From NCBI RefSeq assembly GCF_009914755.1, contig NC_060935.1: a stretch of 64,000 bases of DNA, one strand, 5' to 3'. The notes under the pieces were generated by a model that was given only the letters and a program-made list of their open reading frames with translations, ran no database searches and was not told where the DNA came from. The DNA is from the human T2T-CHM13v2.0 reference genome, Homo sapiens. Made by a program: the position numbers and the translations under genes. Below, one piece after another: positions 27,731 to 43,199 of the stretch. The number at the start of each line of letters is the position of its first letter. Within the stretch, counting starts at the first letter, position 1.

Positions 27731-30700
27731 GTATAGCTTTAGTATTTTAAGAAGTGTCTAGGCTGTTTTCCAAAGTGATCATACCATTTTACATTCATGC
27801 TGGCATTGTGTGAGAGTTCTAGTTGCCCTACATCTATGCTAACACTTGGAAAGGCCAGTCTTTTAAAATTTAGCCATTCTAATAGGTATATAGTCATAGC
27901 TTTAATTTGAATTTCCCTGATGACTAATGATGATAAATAAAAAATTAAATTTTATGTGATTATTAAGTATCATAGGCTGTTCTCAGTGAACTGTCTTTTC
28001 AAAACTATTGCATATTTTAAAATTGGATTGTTTTTCTTATTATGGGGCTTTGAGAGCTCTTTATATATTCTGGATACATGTCCTTGATTGGATCTATATT
28101 TTGTAAAAAATTTTTTTCCATACTGTGGCTTCTTTTTTCATTCTCTAAACAATGTCTTTTAAAGAGAAGTTTAAAATTTGGATTTAATCTAATTTGTGAA
28201 TTTTTTTCTTTATTGATTCACTTGATGTGTATCTAAGAAAATTTTGCCTAATCTAAGGTCATAAGAGTTTCTGCTGTATTTTCTTACTTCATAGTTCTAG
28301 ATTTTACGTTTAACTCTATGATACAGTTTGCCCTAACTTTTATGTTTTGTGTAAAGTATCGATCACAGTTCATTTAATGTCATTATTTTTGCATATAGTT
28401 AAACAAATGTTCTAGCACCATTTATTGAAGAGTTCATCTTTTTTTTTTTTTTTTTTTACGGAATTACGTTTGCACTATTGTTGAAAAATCAGTTTTACAC
28501 ATATATGTGGGTCTCTTTCTGGACTCTCATCTCTTTCACTGATCTATTAGTCTATGTTTAAACCCAAACCATGCGGTCTTGATAACTGTAGGTATATGAT
28601 AACTGTAGCAGTCATGTAGTATTAGTCTTCCAATTATATTCTCTTTAAGTATTGTTTTTGACTGTTGTAGGTCCTTTGCATTTCCATGTAAATTTTAGAA
28701 CAGCTCTTCAATTTTTGTATAAAAAGCCTTTGAGATATCTATTAGAATTATATTTAATCTCTAGATCAATTTTGGCAGAATTAATTTCTTGACAATATTG
28801 AGTATTTTGACCAATGAAAATTGAATAGTTCTGTATTTATTTATGTTTTCTTTAATTTTTCTCAGCAGTGTTTTTACTTTTCAGTGTACAGGTCTTGTAT
28901 ATTTTTGTTAAACTTAACCACAAGTATTTAATATTTTTTAATGCTATTGTCAATAGTGTTGTTTTATTAGCTTGAATTTTCAGTTATTCATTGCTATTTA
29001 TTTTGTATATTGATCTTATATCCTGCAACTTTGCTAAAGTCAATTTTTAGTTCTAGTAGCTTCTTTTTGATATGTTTCATAGTATCCTCTACATAGATGA
29101 ACATGTCATCTAAGAAAAAGAGAAAATTTTACTTCTTTTTAAATCTGTATGCCTTATGAGAGTTAAAAAAATTTTTGGAATGGAAGTTTGATTATGTCAG
29201 ATGCTTTTTCTGTATCTATAGAGATGAACATGTGCTTTTTCTTTTTTAGCTTAATATAGTGAATTACATTGCTTGATGTTTGGCCTTGTATCCTAGAATA
29301 AATCCCATTCGGTGTATTATTCTTCTTATATATTGTCGGATTCAGTGTGCTCAGATTTTCTTAAGAACATTTATAACTATGCCCGTGGGGGATATTGGTG
29401 TGTAGTTTTCTTGTTAATGTCTGCATTTAGTTTTGCTGCCTAGACAACACTGCCCTCATAAGAATGACTTAAGTAGAATTTCTTTCTTTTCAAATTCCTA
29501 GGTGAGTTTTGAGAAATGGGATTATTTCTTCCTTAAATGTTTGGTAGAATTTATGAGTGAAGCAATCTGGTCTTTTTTTCTTTGGCAAGATATTTTACTA
29601 CTATTTCAACTTTTTTTTTTTGAAGACATTAGTGCTATTTAGGCTAAGTATTTCTTCTTGTGAGAGCTGTGGTAGTTTGTGTCTTCCAAGCAATTTGTCC
29701 ATTTTCCATTACATTTAAGTTGTCAATTAATAGAAACAAAATTGTACATAATATTTCCTCATTATCCCTTTAATTTCTGAAGAGTTTGTAGTTTGTGTCA
29801 CCTCATTCCTGATAATGGTAATTTGTGCCTTCTTTCTTCTTTTCCAGATTATAGTCTGTTTTAGGAAATGCCTTGTGTGGATCTGAAAAGAGTATTCTGC
29901 ATTTGTTTAGTGCAATGCTCTATAAACATCAATTAGATCAAGTTGATTAATAGTATTTTTTACCAGGCTCACATCTTTACTGATTTTCTCTCTACTTTTT
30001 CTGTCAGTTATTAGAGAAGGGTGTGGAAATCTGTGACTATAGTTACGGATTTGTGATATTTTATTGTGAAGTTGTATCAGTTTTTGATTCATGTATTTTA
30101 AAGCTCTGTTTTTAGATGCAAAAACATTTAAGTTTGTTATGTCCTTCTGATAATTTGTCCCTTTTATTGTTATGTAACAACCTTTTTCATCTCTGGCACT
30201 CTATGCCTATATCTAAAAAAAAAAAAAATCACTGACATGAGGAATGGGAATACTATTATTGACTTAGTTAAGTGAATGTCTTTGTAAAAGAAGATGAATT
30301 ATCTAAATGAAATCAGCTTTTTGTGAGAAGAGAGGAAGGAATTGGAGGAAGGAAGACGAATGTTGTATACTCATCCAACAATTACTTATCACATATGCTA
30401 AGTTTGCCTACTTAAAAAAATTTATGATAATTAAATGAAATGTCAAATTTAGATATAATTCTTTATTCCTCACTCTCAAATTTGAAATTAAACAGACTCT
30501 CAATTATTATAATATTTGGTATTATCCCCATTTAATGGTTGAGAAAGTTCAGCTCTGATAGGAAGAGGGACACTATCTTGTTTTGAAACATAGTTGAAGT
30601 ATAACTCTAAATCTCAGCATTTTTTTTTTTATTATTTTGTTTGCTTTGACGTAAGTGTAAGAAAATAGCATGATGGGGGAAAAAACCTCATGCTTTTCTT

Positions 30701-31020
30701 TTGTTAATTTTCATTATGTTAAAAGAAGCAAAGCAAGACATAACATAGTATGTTGTTACGTCATGTCACATTGGGTAAAACATGACAGAACATATATTTA
30801 CAAAAGTACACTCTTCTTTAGAGCCAGATGACTGCTCTCAATTTGGAAACAAACCATCTGCTTATCATTTAAATTCCTGAATTACTTACCAGCCCACATC
30901 TCTAAACAGAAGTAACATACTGTTACTTCTTAAAACCGCTGTTAAGGTCCATTGTCTCCATATGTAATGCATATTTCCTGTGTACTGAATGAAAACAGAT
31001 TAGACATTTATGATGTTTAA

Positions 31021-31386
<366 letters not shown>

Positions 31387-32249
31387 TCAGCATTTGAAAT
31401 TGCTTTAATGTAGTTAAGGAAATATTTGTTCATACTTTGCTAAACCACATACCCCAATATAATCAGTAAATAAGCACTTACTTGACATAGTCCAAACAAT
31501 GACTTACTCATTAGCTCTTACATCTTGCATTTATTCAATATTTATTGAGTGTTTATCAGGTGTAAGTGGCAGAGGTATATTAGTGAAATAGAATCTGTAT
31601 TCTAGTGAGAATTGTAAATGAATAATTAGTTACTATATAGTATGATACATTGTGGCAGAAGAAGGATTCAGGTCTGACAACTTTTTGCTTGGACAAATGG
31701 TGGATGGGAACACAGGTGCAAGAGCACTCATCTGCAAGTAAAGGTGAGATTGGCAATGCTTGTTTGCCAACTTGCTGGTTTTTATATAGAGTACATATTT
31801 TTCTTCATGATCAAGTTAAGTGTATACTAGAGCAGTGGTTCTTAATTGGTGACATGTGGAATTTTGTATGGAATGCAGGGTTTTCATAACTTACTTATCT
31901 TGGATCCCCAGCGTACCTACGAGTATGACATGCAGGCTCTGTTTCATCTTTCCTGGATTATTCATCTCTAGTATTTATTACTGGCTTTAGTATTTCTGTT
32001 GCTTTCGGCAGCTTCCACCTCTGCTCCCAGTTTCTATGAATTTAAGAAGTTTATATGAATTTAAGATAAAATCTATCTCTAAAGCATATGAATTTCTTTC
32101 TAAAGCATCTGTGTCCTTCCTAAAAAATTTTTCATTAATGTAGTACCCAGATTTTTCCCAATGATAAGGGGGAGTTGAATTACCACTGAATTGAGAGCTA
32201 CTTTTGGGTGGGACTGGGGAGGAGGGACAGGTAGTATTTTGAGAAAACA

Positions 32250-34685
<2,436 letters not shown>

Positions 34686-35399
34686 AGCAGTGTCTACCCT
34701 GCAGACAGAAACTCTATTAGTTATTAGAATAGGAAAAATTTTAAAAATTTAATATTTTAAAAAAGTAAACATTTAAAATTAAAAAATTTTAAAATTTAAC
34801 AAGGAAGGCAAAAACTCACAGTTCTTACCTTATACAGCAGCAGTCTTTTATGTTTTCATATAAAGAAAGATTAGCTATTGAATGGTGTCTTAATTACTAA
34901 AAGGGGTACAAGAGGAATCTGAGGCATCTAGCAGTAGCAGGTAAAAGCTAGGGGAGGTTAGCAAATGAAGGAACCCAAGGACTTGAGAGAGGGTCCTCCT
35001 CCCCAAACCCCCTCAGGCTTTGCTTTAGATCTCTGTAAAGAGAGTTTGTAACTCATTATTTGCTGGTAGTGTAGAAACTTGCTAGAGGGCATGGGCCACA
35101 GGTGGTCTGTAGAAGAGTCCACTCTTGCCAGAGCATGGATGAGCTCGAGCAGGTCTGTAGAAAATGCCTGCTGTCTTGGTAGTGTTGGTAGAGAGTTGCC
35201 TAGGGGTGCAGCTGAAGCTACTGTGGAAATCATCTTCAGGAAGTTCTCAGAAGCAGCAACTAGTTTAGGAGAGCCTCGCTTGAGGGCATGGATAGAGTAC
35301 TGTGGAAGCAGCCTCATGTAGCTGTGCTGTAAGTGCTACTGGAAAAGGCTGATTTGTGTGCAAAAGATTCTTTTGGTTTTCCCCTATCTCAATTATTAT

Positions 35400-37010
35400 T
35401 TCATTTGCATTTTTCAAAAATAGTTATTTTTGGATGTAGAATTCTGGATTGACAATCTGGCATCTACTATTTGTGTCGAGAAGTCTGCCATTAATTGTGT
35501 TTTCTCTCCCTAAGTATAAAGTGTCTGCTTTTAAGATTTTTTTCTCTATCTTTGGTTTTCAGAAATTTGAGTATGATGTGTCCATGTGCGAATTGCTTTG
35601 TGTTTTTCCTTTTTGGAGTTCTTTTAGCTTCCAGATTTCCTCCTCCTCCTCCTCCTTCCTCCCTTCTCCCTCCTTCACCCCTTCCTCTCCTCTCCCTCTT
35701 GTCCTCTTTTTTTCCCATTTCCCTTTCTTTTTCCTCTTTCTCCTCCTTTTACTTTTCCTTCTGCTCCTTTTTTCTCTTCTTCCTTCTCCTTTCTTCTTCT
35801 TTTCTTCCTCTTTTTTTCTTCAACATTCAGAAGGTTTTTGACAATCATTTCATTTTTTTTTTCTTCCTCCTTTTCTATCTCCTTTCCTGTTGGGACCTCA
35901 ATTACATGCGTTGAACTATTTGATATTTCTTGGTCTCTGAGTCTTTCATTTCTCTTCAGTCTTTTTTTCCTCGATCTTCTTCAAATTAGAAATTTCTGGT
36001 ATCTATCTTCAAGATCACTGATTATTTTTCTCTGCCATCTCAACTATTCTGTTGAGCTCATCTAGCAAATTTTTATTTCAGTGATTGTACTTTTTTAGCT
36101 CAGTTATTTCCATTTAGTTCTTTGTTATAGTTTCCTTTTTCTGTTGAAATTCCTTATTTATCTATCTATTAAATAACATATTGCCAAGAATTTTTTGAAC
36201 ATGTTTTCTTATAACTTTTGACCATATTTATAAAAGCTATTTTGACATCTTTGTTTTTGAAATGCAATACCTGGACCCATTTGGATTCAGTCTTCATTGA
36301 CTTCTTTTCTTTCTTTCTTTTTTTTTTTTTTTTAAGCTGACCATGGAGCACACTTTCCTGTTTTGTTTGTTTGTTTGTGTGTCTAGTTGTTTTTGATTGG
36401 AAATTGGACATTTTATACTATATATTTCCAATTGGTCCTCCAACCTTAAGTTCTGCCCTCTGAAACTTCAAGCCAGTAGGCTTTTGCTTTCTTTCACCTG
36501 AGCTGTTTGCAGTTGCAGAACATAACTTAGTGAAAGGTGCAGCAAACACACAGCAGCTTTGTCTTTTAGGTGTAGAACCCTTTCTAGTTTTTGCCTGACT
36601 TTTTGTCAGGCTCCTGAGTATTTCCAACATGTATGCAAAATTAAGCAGTCAGTCAAGCTTTTGAGTAGAATTTATATTCAGAATTTGTGTCTCAGTCTTT
36701 CTGTGGATCTTTCCCCTCCAGAATTTCCTTCTTAAACTATAGTTGCTCTAATTTTTGAACTTTGACATTTAACCACTTTGATGTGGTAAGGATATAGTTT
36801 TCTGCTGTCAGAACTGCTGGGGAGTTTGGTGCGCACCCCTTGGCAAGAAAGGCAAAAACTAAGTTCTTACATTATACAGTAGCAGTCTTTCATGAGTAAA
36901 TTCTGCTCGCATTTTGTTGTTCTTCCAATATTGTTTTAAATACTTTTGTCCAGATTTTACATTGTTTTCTGTGAGACGAATGATGTGACCTTTACCTCAC
37001 CATTATTAGA
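35400..37010 (-). mobile_element. Ancient L1M ORF1/5' region
   Basis: ORF 35491..35718 ends HIILKFLKTKDREKNLK (ORF1p-like); ORF 36169..36411 resembles the old L1 ORF1 N-terminus. Confidence 0.65.
35636..35820. repeat. CT-rich low-complexity tract
   Basis: ~185 nt of almost pure pyrimidine on the + strand. Confidence 0.9.
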
Positions 37011-37250
37011 TGTTCCTGATAAATTTCTTTTAAAATTTCAAAACTAATATATGTACCTGATTAAAAAAATTGGGAAAATAGTATAGTATAAAATAAAAAA
37101 ACTACAGAAATTATTAGTAGAGCTGTAAATTGTATTTGCTAAGTTATTGCTTATTAAAAAAAACAAACAGGTAAATATTTACAATGAATTATCCTGATGA
37201 ATGCATACCTATCCGAGTAGATAAATACGGTGTTTTTGTGTTAAATTAAA

Positions 37251-37455
37251 TCAGTGGTTAGCATGCTTTTTTTTCTAAAGGGCCAGTAAGTGTTTTTGGC
37301 TGTGCATGCCATACAGTCTCTGTTGCAACTATTCAATTCTGCTATTGTAGTTTGAAAGCAGCCATAGACAATAGGTAAACAAATGGGCATGGTGGTGTGC
37401 CAGTAATACTTCATTTATATAAACAGGTGGCAGGCTGAATTTTGCCTGCAGGCGT
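37251..37455. mobile_element. MER58A
   Basis: tctaaagggccag..., gtctctgttgcaactattcaattctgc, gcagccatagacaata. Confidence 0.8.
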
Positions 37456-37651
37456 TGCTTTTTTGAGGAAAGAAAGTCATTCCCTTCATGGGAAATGTTT
37501 GGTAATGTAAACTGCTGTTTCTCATCATGAGGGATTACTCCAAGTGTCAATTTTTCATTTGTAATGAAGAAAGTATTACCTTTAATCTTCTAGTTGGGAA
37601 TATACTTTGGAATTCACTCTATCTAACCATAATGTTTTACTGTATGTACTT

Positions 37652-37660
37652 TGTGTGTGA

Positions 37661-37693
<33 letters not shown>
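37652..37693. repeat. (TG)n microsatellite
   Basis: Direct reading. Confidence 0.95.
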
Positions 37694-37700
<7 letters not shown>

Positions 37701-37769
37701 GCTACTTTCAAGAGTTTTTTTTTTATTTAGATTTTATAATTTTGTTAGTGATGTATCTGGGTATGGTTT

Positions 37770-39325
37770 TTCTTTTTTATTATAAATTCACAATTCATAA
37801 TTGTATACATTTATTGGGAACAAAGCAATGTTATAATCTATGAATACAATGTGGAATAATTAAATCAAGCTAGGTAACATATCTATTACCTCAATTACTT
37901 AACTTTTTTGTGGCAAGAACATTTGAAATTTACTCTCTTAGCAATTTGGAAATGTGCTGTACTCTATTATCAACTGTATTCACCATGTAGTGCAATAGTA
38001 CTCAAAAGAAGAAAAATAAAAGCCATATTTCTCTGGAGATTTTCTACCCTTTGATCAAATCTCCTCATTTCCCCACCTCCAGCCTCTGTAACCACCATTC
38101 TACTTTCTGCTATGGGTTTCATATAAGTGAGAACATGTGATATTTGTCTTTCTGGGTACGACTTATACAGCATAATGTTCTCCAGTTTCATCCATGTTGT
38201 CTCAAATGACAGAATTTCCTTCATTTTAAAGGGTGAATAGTATTCCATAGTGTAAATACCTCACCTTTTCTTTATCCATTCATCTGTTGATGGACACTTA
38301 GGTTGATTTCATAACTTAGCTATTGTAAATAGTTGCTGCAGTGAACATAGGGTTGCAGACATCTCTTCAACAAACTGATTTCAAATCTTTTGGGTGAATA
38401 CCCAGCAGTGGGATTGCTGGGTCATATGGCAGTTCTATTTTTAGTGTTTTTGAGAAACTTCTATACTTTTTTCCATAATGCCCGTACTAATTTATATTCC
38501 CACCAAGAGTATATAAAGGTTCCCTTTTCTCCATATCCTTGCCAACACTTATCTTTCATCTTTTTGATGAAAGCCATTCTGACAGGTGTGAGATGATACA
38601 TCATTGTGGTTTTAATTTGCATTTCTCTGCTAATTTCTGATGTTGATTTTTTTTTTCATGTATCTGTTGACCATTTGTATGTCTTCTTTTGAGAAATGTC
38701 TATTCAGGTCACTTATCCATTTTTTTCAATTGAATTTTTTGTTTTCTTGCTATTGAATTGTTTGTGCTCCTTACATATTTGGGTTATTCATTCTTTATTG
38801 GATGGATGGTTTGCAACCATTTTCTCCCAATCCATGGGTTGTCTCTCTACTCCGTTGTTTTCTTTGCTATGCAGAAGCTTTTTAGTTTGATGTAATTCCC
38901 ATTTGTCTATTTTTGTTTTTGTTGCCTGCACCTTTGGGATCAAATTCAAAAAGTCATTGCCCAGACCAATGTTGTTTAGTCTTTATCCTGTGCTTTCTTT
39001 TAGTAGTTTTAGAGTTTCAGGCCTATGTTTAAGTCTTTAATCCATTTTTCACTGATTTTTGTATATGGTGTGAGACAAGGCTCTAATTTCATTCTCCCGT
39101 ATGTGAAAATCCAGTTTTGACAGCACTATTTATTGAAGACACTGTCCTTTTCCCATTGTGTATTTGTGGTACTTTTGTCAAAAATCAGTGGAAGCCATGT
39201 GTGGTGGCATGTGCCTGTAATCCCAGCTACTCAGGAGGCTGAGGCAGGAGGATTAGTTGAACTCAGGAGTTTTTTGAGGAGTGAGACTCAGTCTCAAAAA
39301 CAAAAATTGGTTGATTGTATATGAA
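37770..39325 (-). mobile_element. L1MA-type 3' portion
   Basis: aatcaagctaggtaacatatc..acctca; ORF 37970..38248 MEYYSPFKMKEILSFETTWMKLE (ORF2p C-terminus). Confidence 0.85.
39193..39305 (+). mobile_element. FLAM_A-like monomer
   Basis: gtggtggcatgtgcctgtaatcccagctactcaggaggctgagg; degenerate TSD aaaat..gt.ga. Confidence 0.75.
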
Positions 39326-39488
39326 CCTGCTTTAGCCTCTGGAGTAGTTGGGAGTAGTGCATCACCATGCCAGGCTAATTGTTTTATTTTTATTTTTCAG
39401 AAAATAAAACTGGCCTTAAGCGATCCTCCTACTTTAGCCTCCCAAGTAGCTGGGAGGCTACTTACGTGTGTGAGCCACTCTACCTGGT
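39326..39488 (-). mobile_element. Deleted AluJ-like remnant
   Basis: Two partial arms joined by a T-rich linker. Confidence 0.65.
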
Positions 39489-39994
39489 GATTTTTGCTTT
39501 TCATATTCACAGCTATGATTAGCGTTCCTTTGTTTTTGGTTTTTCATTAATCCATCACATATTTTTACATTTGAAAAGTCAAAATTAGTATTTGTCAAAC
39601 ATCCGTTAATCTCAAAAAGTGCTGTACTAAACTAGACCTTGGATTCAATGTTTTACGCCATCTAACTCTTTATGGAGTGTTTTCACGTATATTAATACCT
39701 GCATTGACCACTTTCAGGCAGGTTGATATTAACTGTGACCATCTTACAGGCAAAATCAATGTGTAGAGAGTTTAAATGACCTGCCTAAGGTTGCCCAAGT
39801 AGTAAACAATTGGAAATGAGATAACTAGACATCTAGTTGCCTAATAGGAAATAAATATCTGCTAAATACAACTATTTTTGTATTTATATTTATAAATTGC
39901 ATGTTAAATTGACCCACTGAAATCTTTCTATAAGATGATGCCTACGTGATTAAAGGTATTGTAAGATAATGATTGAAATATATTATAATAATAC

Positions 39995-40289
<295 letters not shown>

Positions 40290-40315
40290 CTTTTAGTGTA
40301 ACAAAAATTGTTACT

Positions 40316-40441
40316 TCTTTTTTAAGAGAAGGAGTCTCTGAATATTGCCCAGTCTGGCCTCTTAACTCCTGGACTCAAAGGATCCTCCTGCCTCAGCCTC
40401 CTGAATAGCTGGGACTATAGGCATGTGCCACTGTGCCTAGC
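40316..40441 (-). mobile_element. FLAM_A monomer
   Basis: aactcctggactcaaaggatcctcctgcctcagcctcctgaatagctgggactatagg; TSD-like ttgttactt. Confidence 0.8.
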
Positions 40442-40710
40442 TTACTGTTATTGTTACTTTTTATTTTTATTATTACCAAACAATGTGTGTGCATAGCAGA
40501 ACATAGAAAATAACTAAAGAAGAAAATCACCCAGAGATTACTGCTGTTATCACCTCAGCATACATCCTTACAGATCTTTTTGATTTGCACACATATACAC
40601 AAAAACACACACACAAAAGTCCAATCCAGAAGTTTGCATTTATTACATCTAGGTTTTATGTCTCTTAAGTCTCTTGTCTAGCACTGTTCTTAAAAACAGT
40701 CTCTTGTTAA

Positions 40711-41003
<293 letters not shown>

Positions 41004-41979
41004 TGTTAACTTATTTTTAAACAAAGACATTGTAGACAGTTATTTCCCCCTGTCACTGACATAGAATGAATGTTTTTAGTATTAATCATCTTAGATGTAA
41101 TAAAAACTCAAAAGAAAGAGACATTTCAATCAAGAATTTACTATAGGTAAATTTACAAATGCTGAGAATTAGCTCTGAATTCATTATTTTTGACCCTTGT
41201 TAGTAGTTCTTTAGGTACAAGGAAATGAAAAGCAATCTCTTTAGCAGAGGTCAAAAGAAAGTTGTACACTTCAGTGCTTTCCCATAGAAACAAAGGAAGC
41301 TTAGCTGAATTGGCAGAATGCTATTAGAATGAGATATCCTTAAAAATGTTGGTGGGAAGAGCTGATGAAATAAATAAGTTGGGAACAAAGGATTGAATTT
41401 GGTATTCTTCTTCTACTGGAGAAGGTACCGAAAAAGAATTTGATCCTCTGATTGCCTAGGGTTTTGAGACATGAGAAATAATGTACTTTGATCTGGTTTT
41501 GAGAAATTATTGCATATTTTATTTTAAGTGCTTGCTGCCTCTGCCTTTCCCCTTTTGCTCCTCAAATATATAAAGTAAGTAGCCTGACCTACAGGAGGAC
41601 TGTTAAAAATCATATCACTAGATTAAATAGAATTAAAAAAGAAACAGGAAGATTGAAGATGTAGTTTAATATATGTATCATTAATAATAGAATAAATACA
41701 AGAACATAATGGGTGAGAAATTTATTTCTTAATAAAAATTTCTGAGACTAGACCTTTCAACATTTAGTTATACATACTTTAATAAAAATCTATCATAGTA
41801 AATTTATAATTTTTGTTTGAGTATGTGAATAATCCTTCTGCGCATTATTGGCCTGTTATAAATCTTTCAATGAATTGTGGGTTGGACTTAAATTCATATT
41901 GTGCTGAATTTACAAAATTTAACAGTTTGCTTTAAACGTTTTAAAAATTTTCTAACTTAGCACCAAATCCCCCCATACC

Positions 41980-41981
<2 letters not shown>

Positions 41982-42014
<33 letters not shown>
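41982..42014. repeat. (TG)n microsatellite
   Basis: Direct reading. Confidence 0.95.
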
Positions 42015-42017
<3 letters not shown>

Positions 42018-42883
42018 CCTGTGGAGAAAAGTTCCAGAGATTCTTATTTCTCATTTAAAAAAAGTTAGAAAAAATTTAGCTCTTTTGTATAAATTACATG
42101 CTGTATTTTACTAATTAAGTCTATAGCCTTGCTTAACTTTGTCTTGACAATTTCTAAACTGAATCTTTCTATTTTTCTAATGCCATAACTGTGTGGATTT
42201 GCAACAACAAAGATCTGTGTTTTTCAACTTTAGCTGGGCTTAAGTACTACTTAGCAATTCTATGTTCTATTTACTTATGTGTTCCTATACTCTCACCCCT
42301 GTCCTTAAGCTAGTGTCTTCGTCATTCTCAGAGGTTTATTCTTCTAATTCAGAGAGAGAGAGGGAAGGGGAAGAGAAAAGGGGAAAATTTACACAGTGGG
42401 AGAGGGTCAGGGAAAAGGAGAGGAAGAGAGTTTAGTTATATTTGCACCTGCTTCCTTGTAACACAGACAACAGATTGCTATGTATGTTCTTAATATTGTC
42501 TTAAACAGGAATCTTTCTCAGTCATAGCCATTTTCCTTCTTGTATCTGTAATTTCTTCCACCTTACTGAACACTGACTTCTACTTAGCCAGTAAAAACAT
42601 GTTTAAATATCTTCTCTCCTAAAAATATCCTGTTACCAATTTTCTCTCAACTATGATTCTCATTCTAGCCACAAGTCAATCTCCTTCTTTACCTTTATTG
42701 TCAAACTTTTCACATTTACTTATACAATTTATATCTTCTCATTCAGTCCTCAACTATATTCTCATCTGCACTGCTCTATTAAAATTGTAAAGTATTTGAC
42801 CTATTGGACACTGTTGATTACTTCTATAATAGTTTTTTCAAAATGTAATTAAATATTTACATGTAGTTTAAAAGTGAAATTGT

Positions 42884-43188
42884 GGCTGGGTGCGGTGGTG
42901 CACGCCTGTAATCCCAGCACTTTGGGAGGCCAAAGCGGGTGGATCACCTGAGGGTCAAGAGTTAGCGACCAGCCTGACTAACATGGTGAAACCTGTCTCT
43001 ACTAAATACAAAAAAATTAGCTGGGCATGGTGGTACATGCCTGTAATTTGAGCTACTTGGGAGGGTGAGACAGGAGAATCGCTTGTACCTGGGAGGTGGA
43101 GGTTGCAGTGAGCCGAGTGCACCATTGCACTCCAGCCTGGGCAACAAGAGCGAAACTCTGTCTCAAAAAAAAAAAAAAAAAGAAAAAA
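42884..43188 (+). mobile_element. AluSq/Sp-like
   Basis: gggcaacaagagcgaaactc diagnostic; TSD aaaagtgaaat(t/g)gt. Confidence 0.92.
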
Positions 43189-43199
43189 AGTGAAATGGT

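Larger units (their letters stand above)
25622..30200 (-). mobile_element. Old L1M (MD/ME-type) cluster: two 3' ends plus ORF2 remnants, interrupted by MER44, MLT1A and AluJ
   Basis: ttttatataaatggaatcata at ~26410 and ~26715; ORF 29907..30092 gives NTINQLDLIDVYRALH (L1 endonuclease). Confidence 0.75.

Noticed and set aside
35449-35914. 130- and 139-aa hydrophobic ORFs resembling membrane proteins
   Set aside because: Translation of a CT-rich low-complexity tract within old L1
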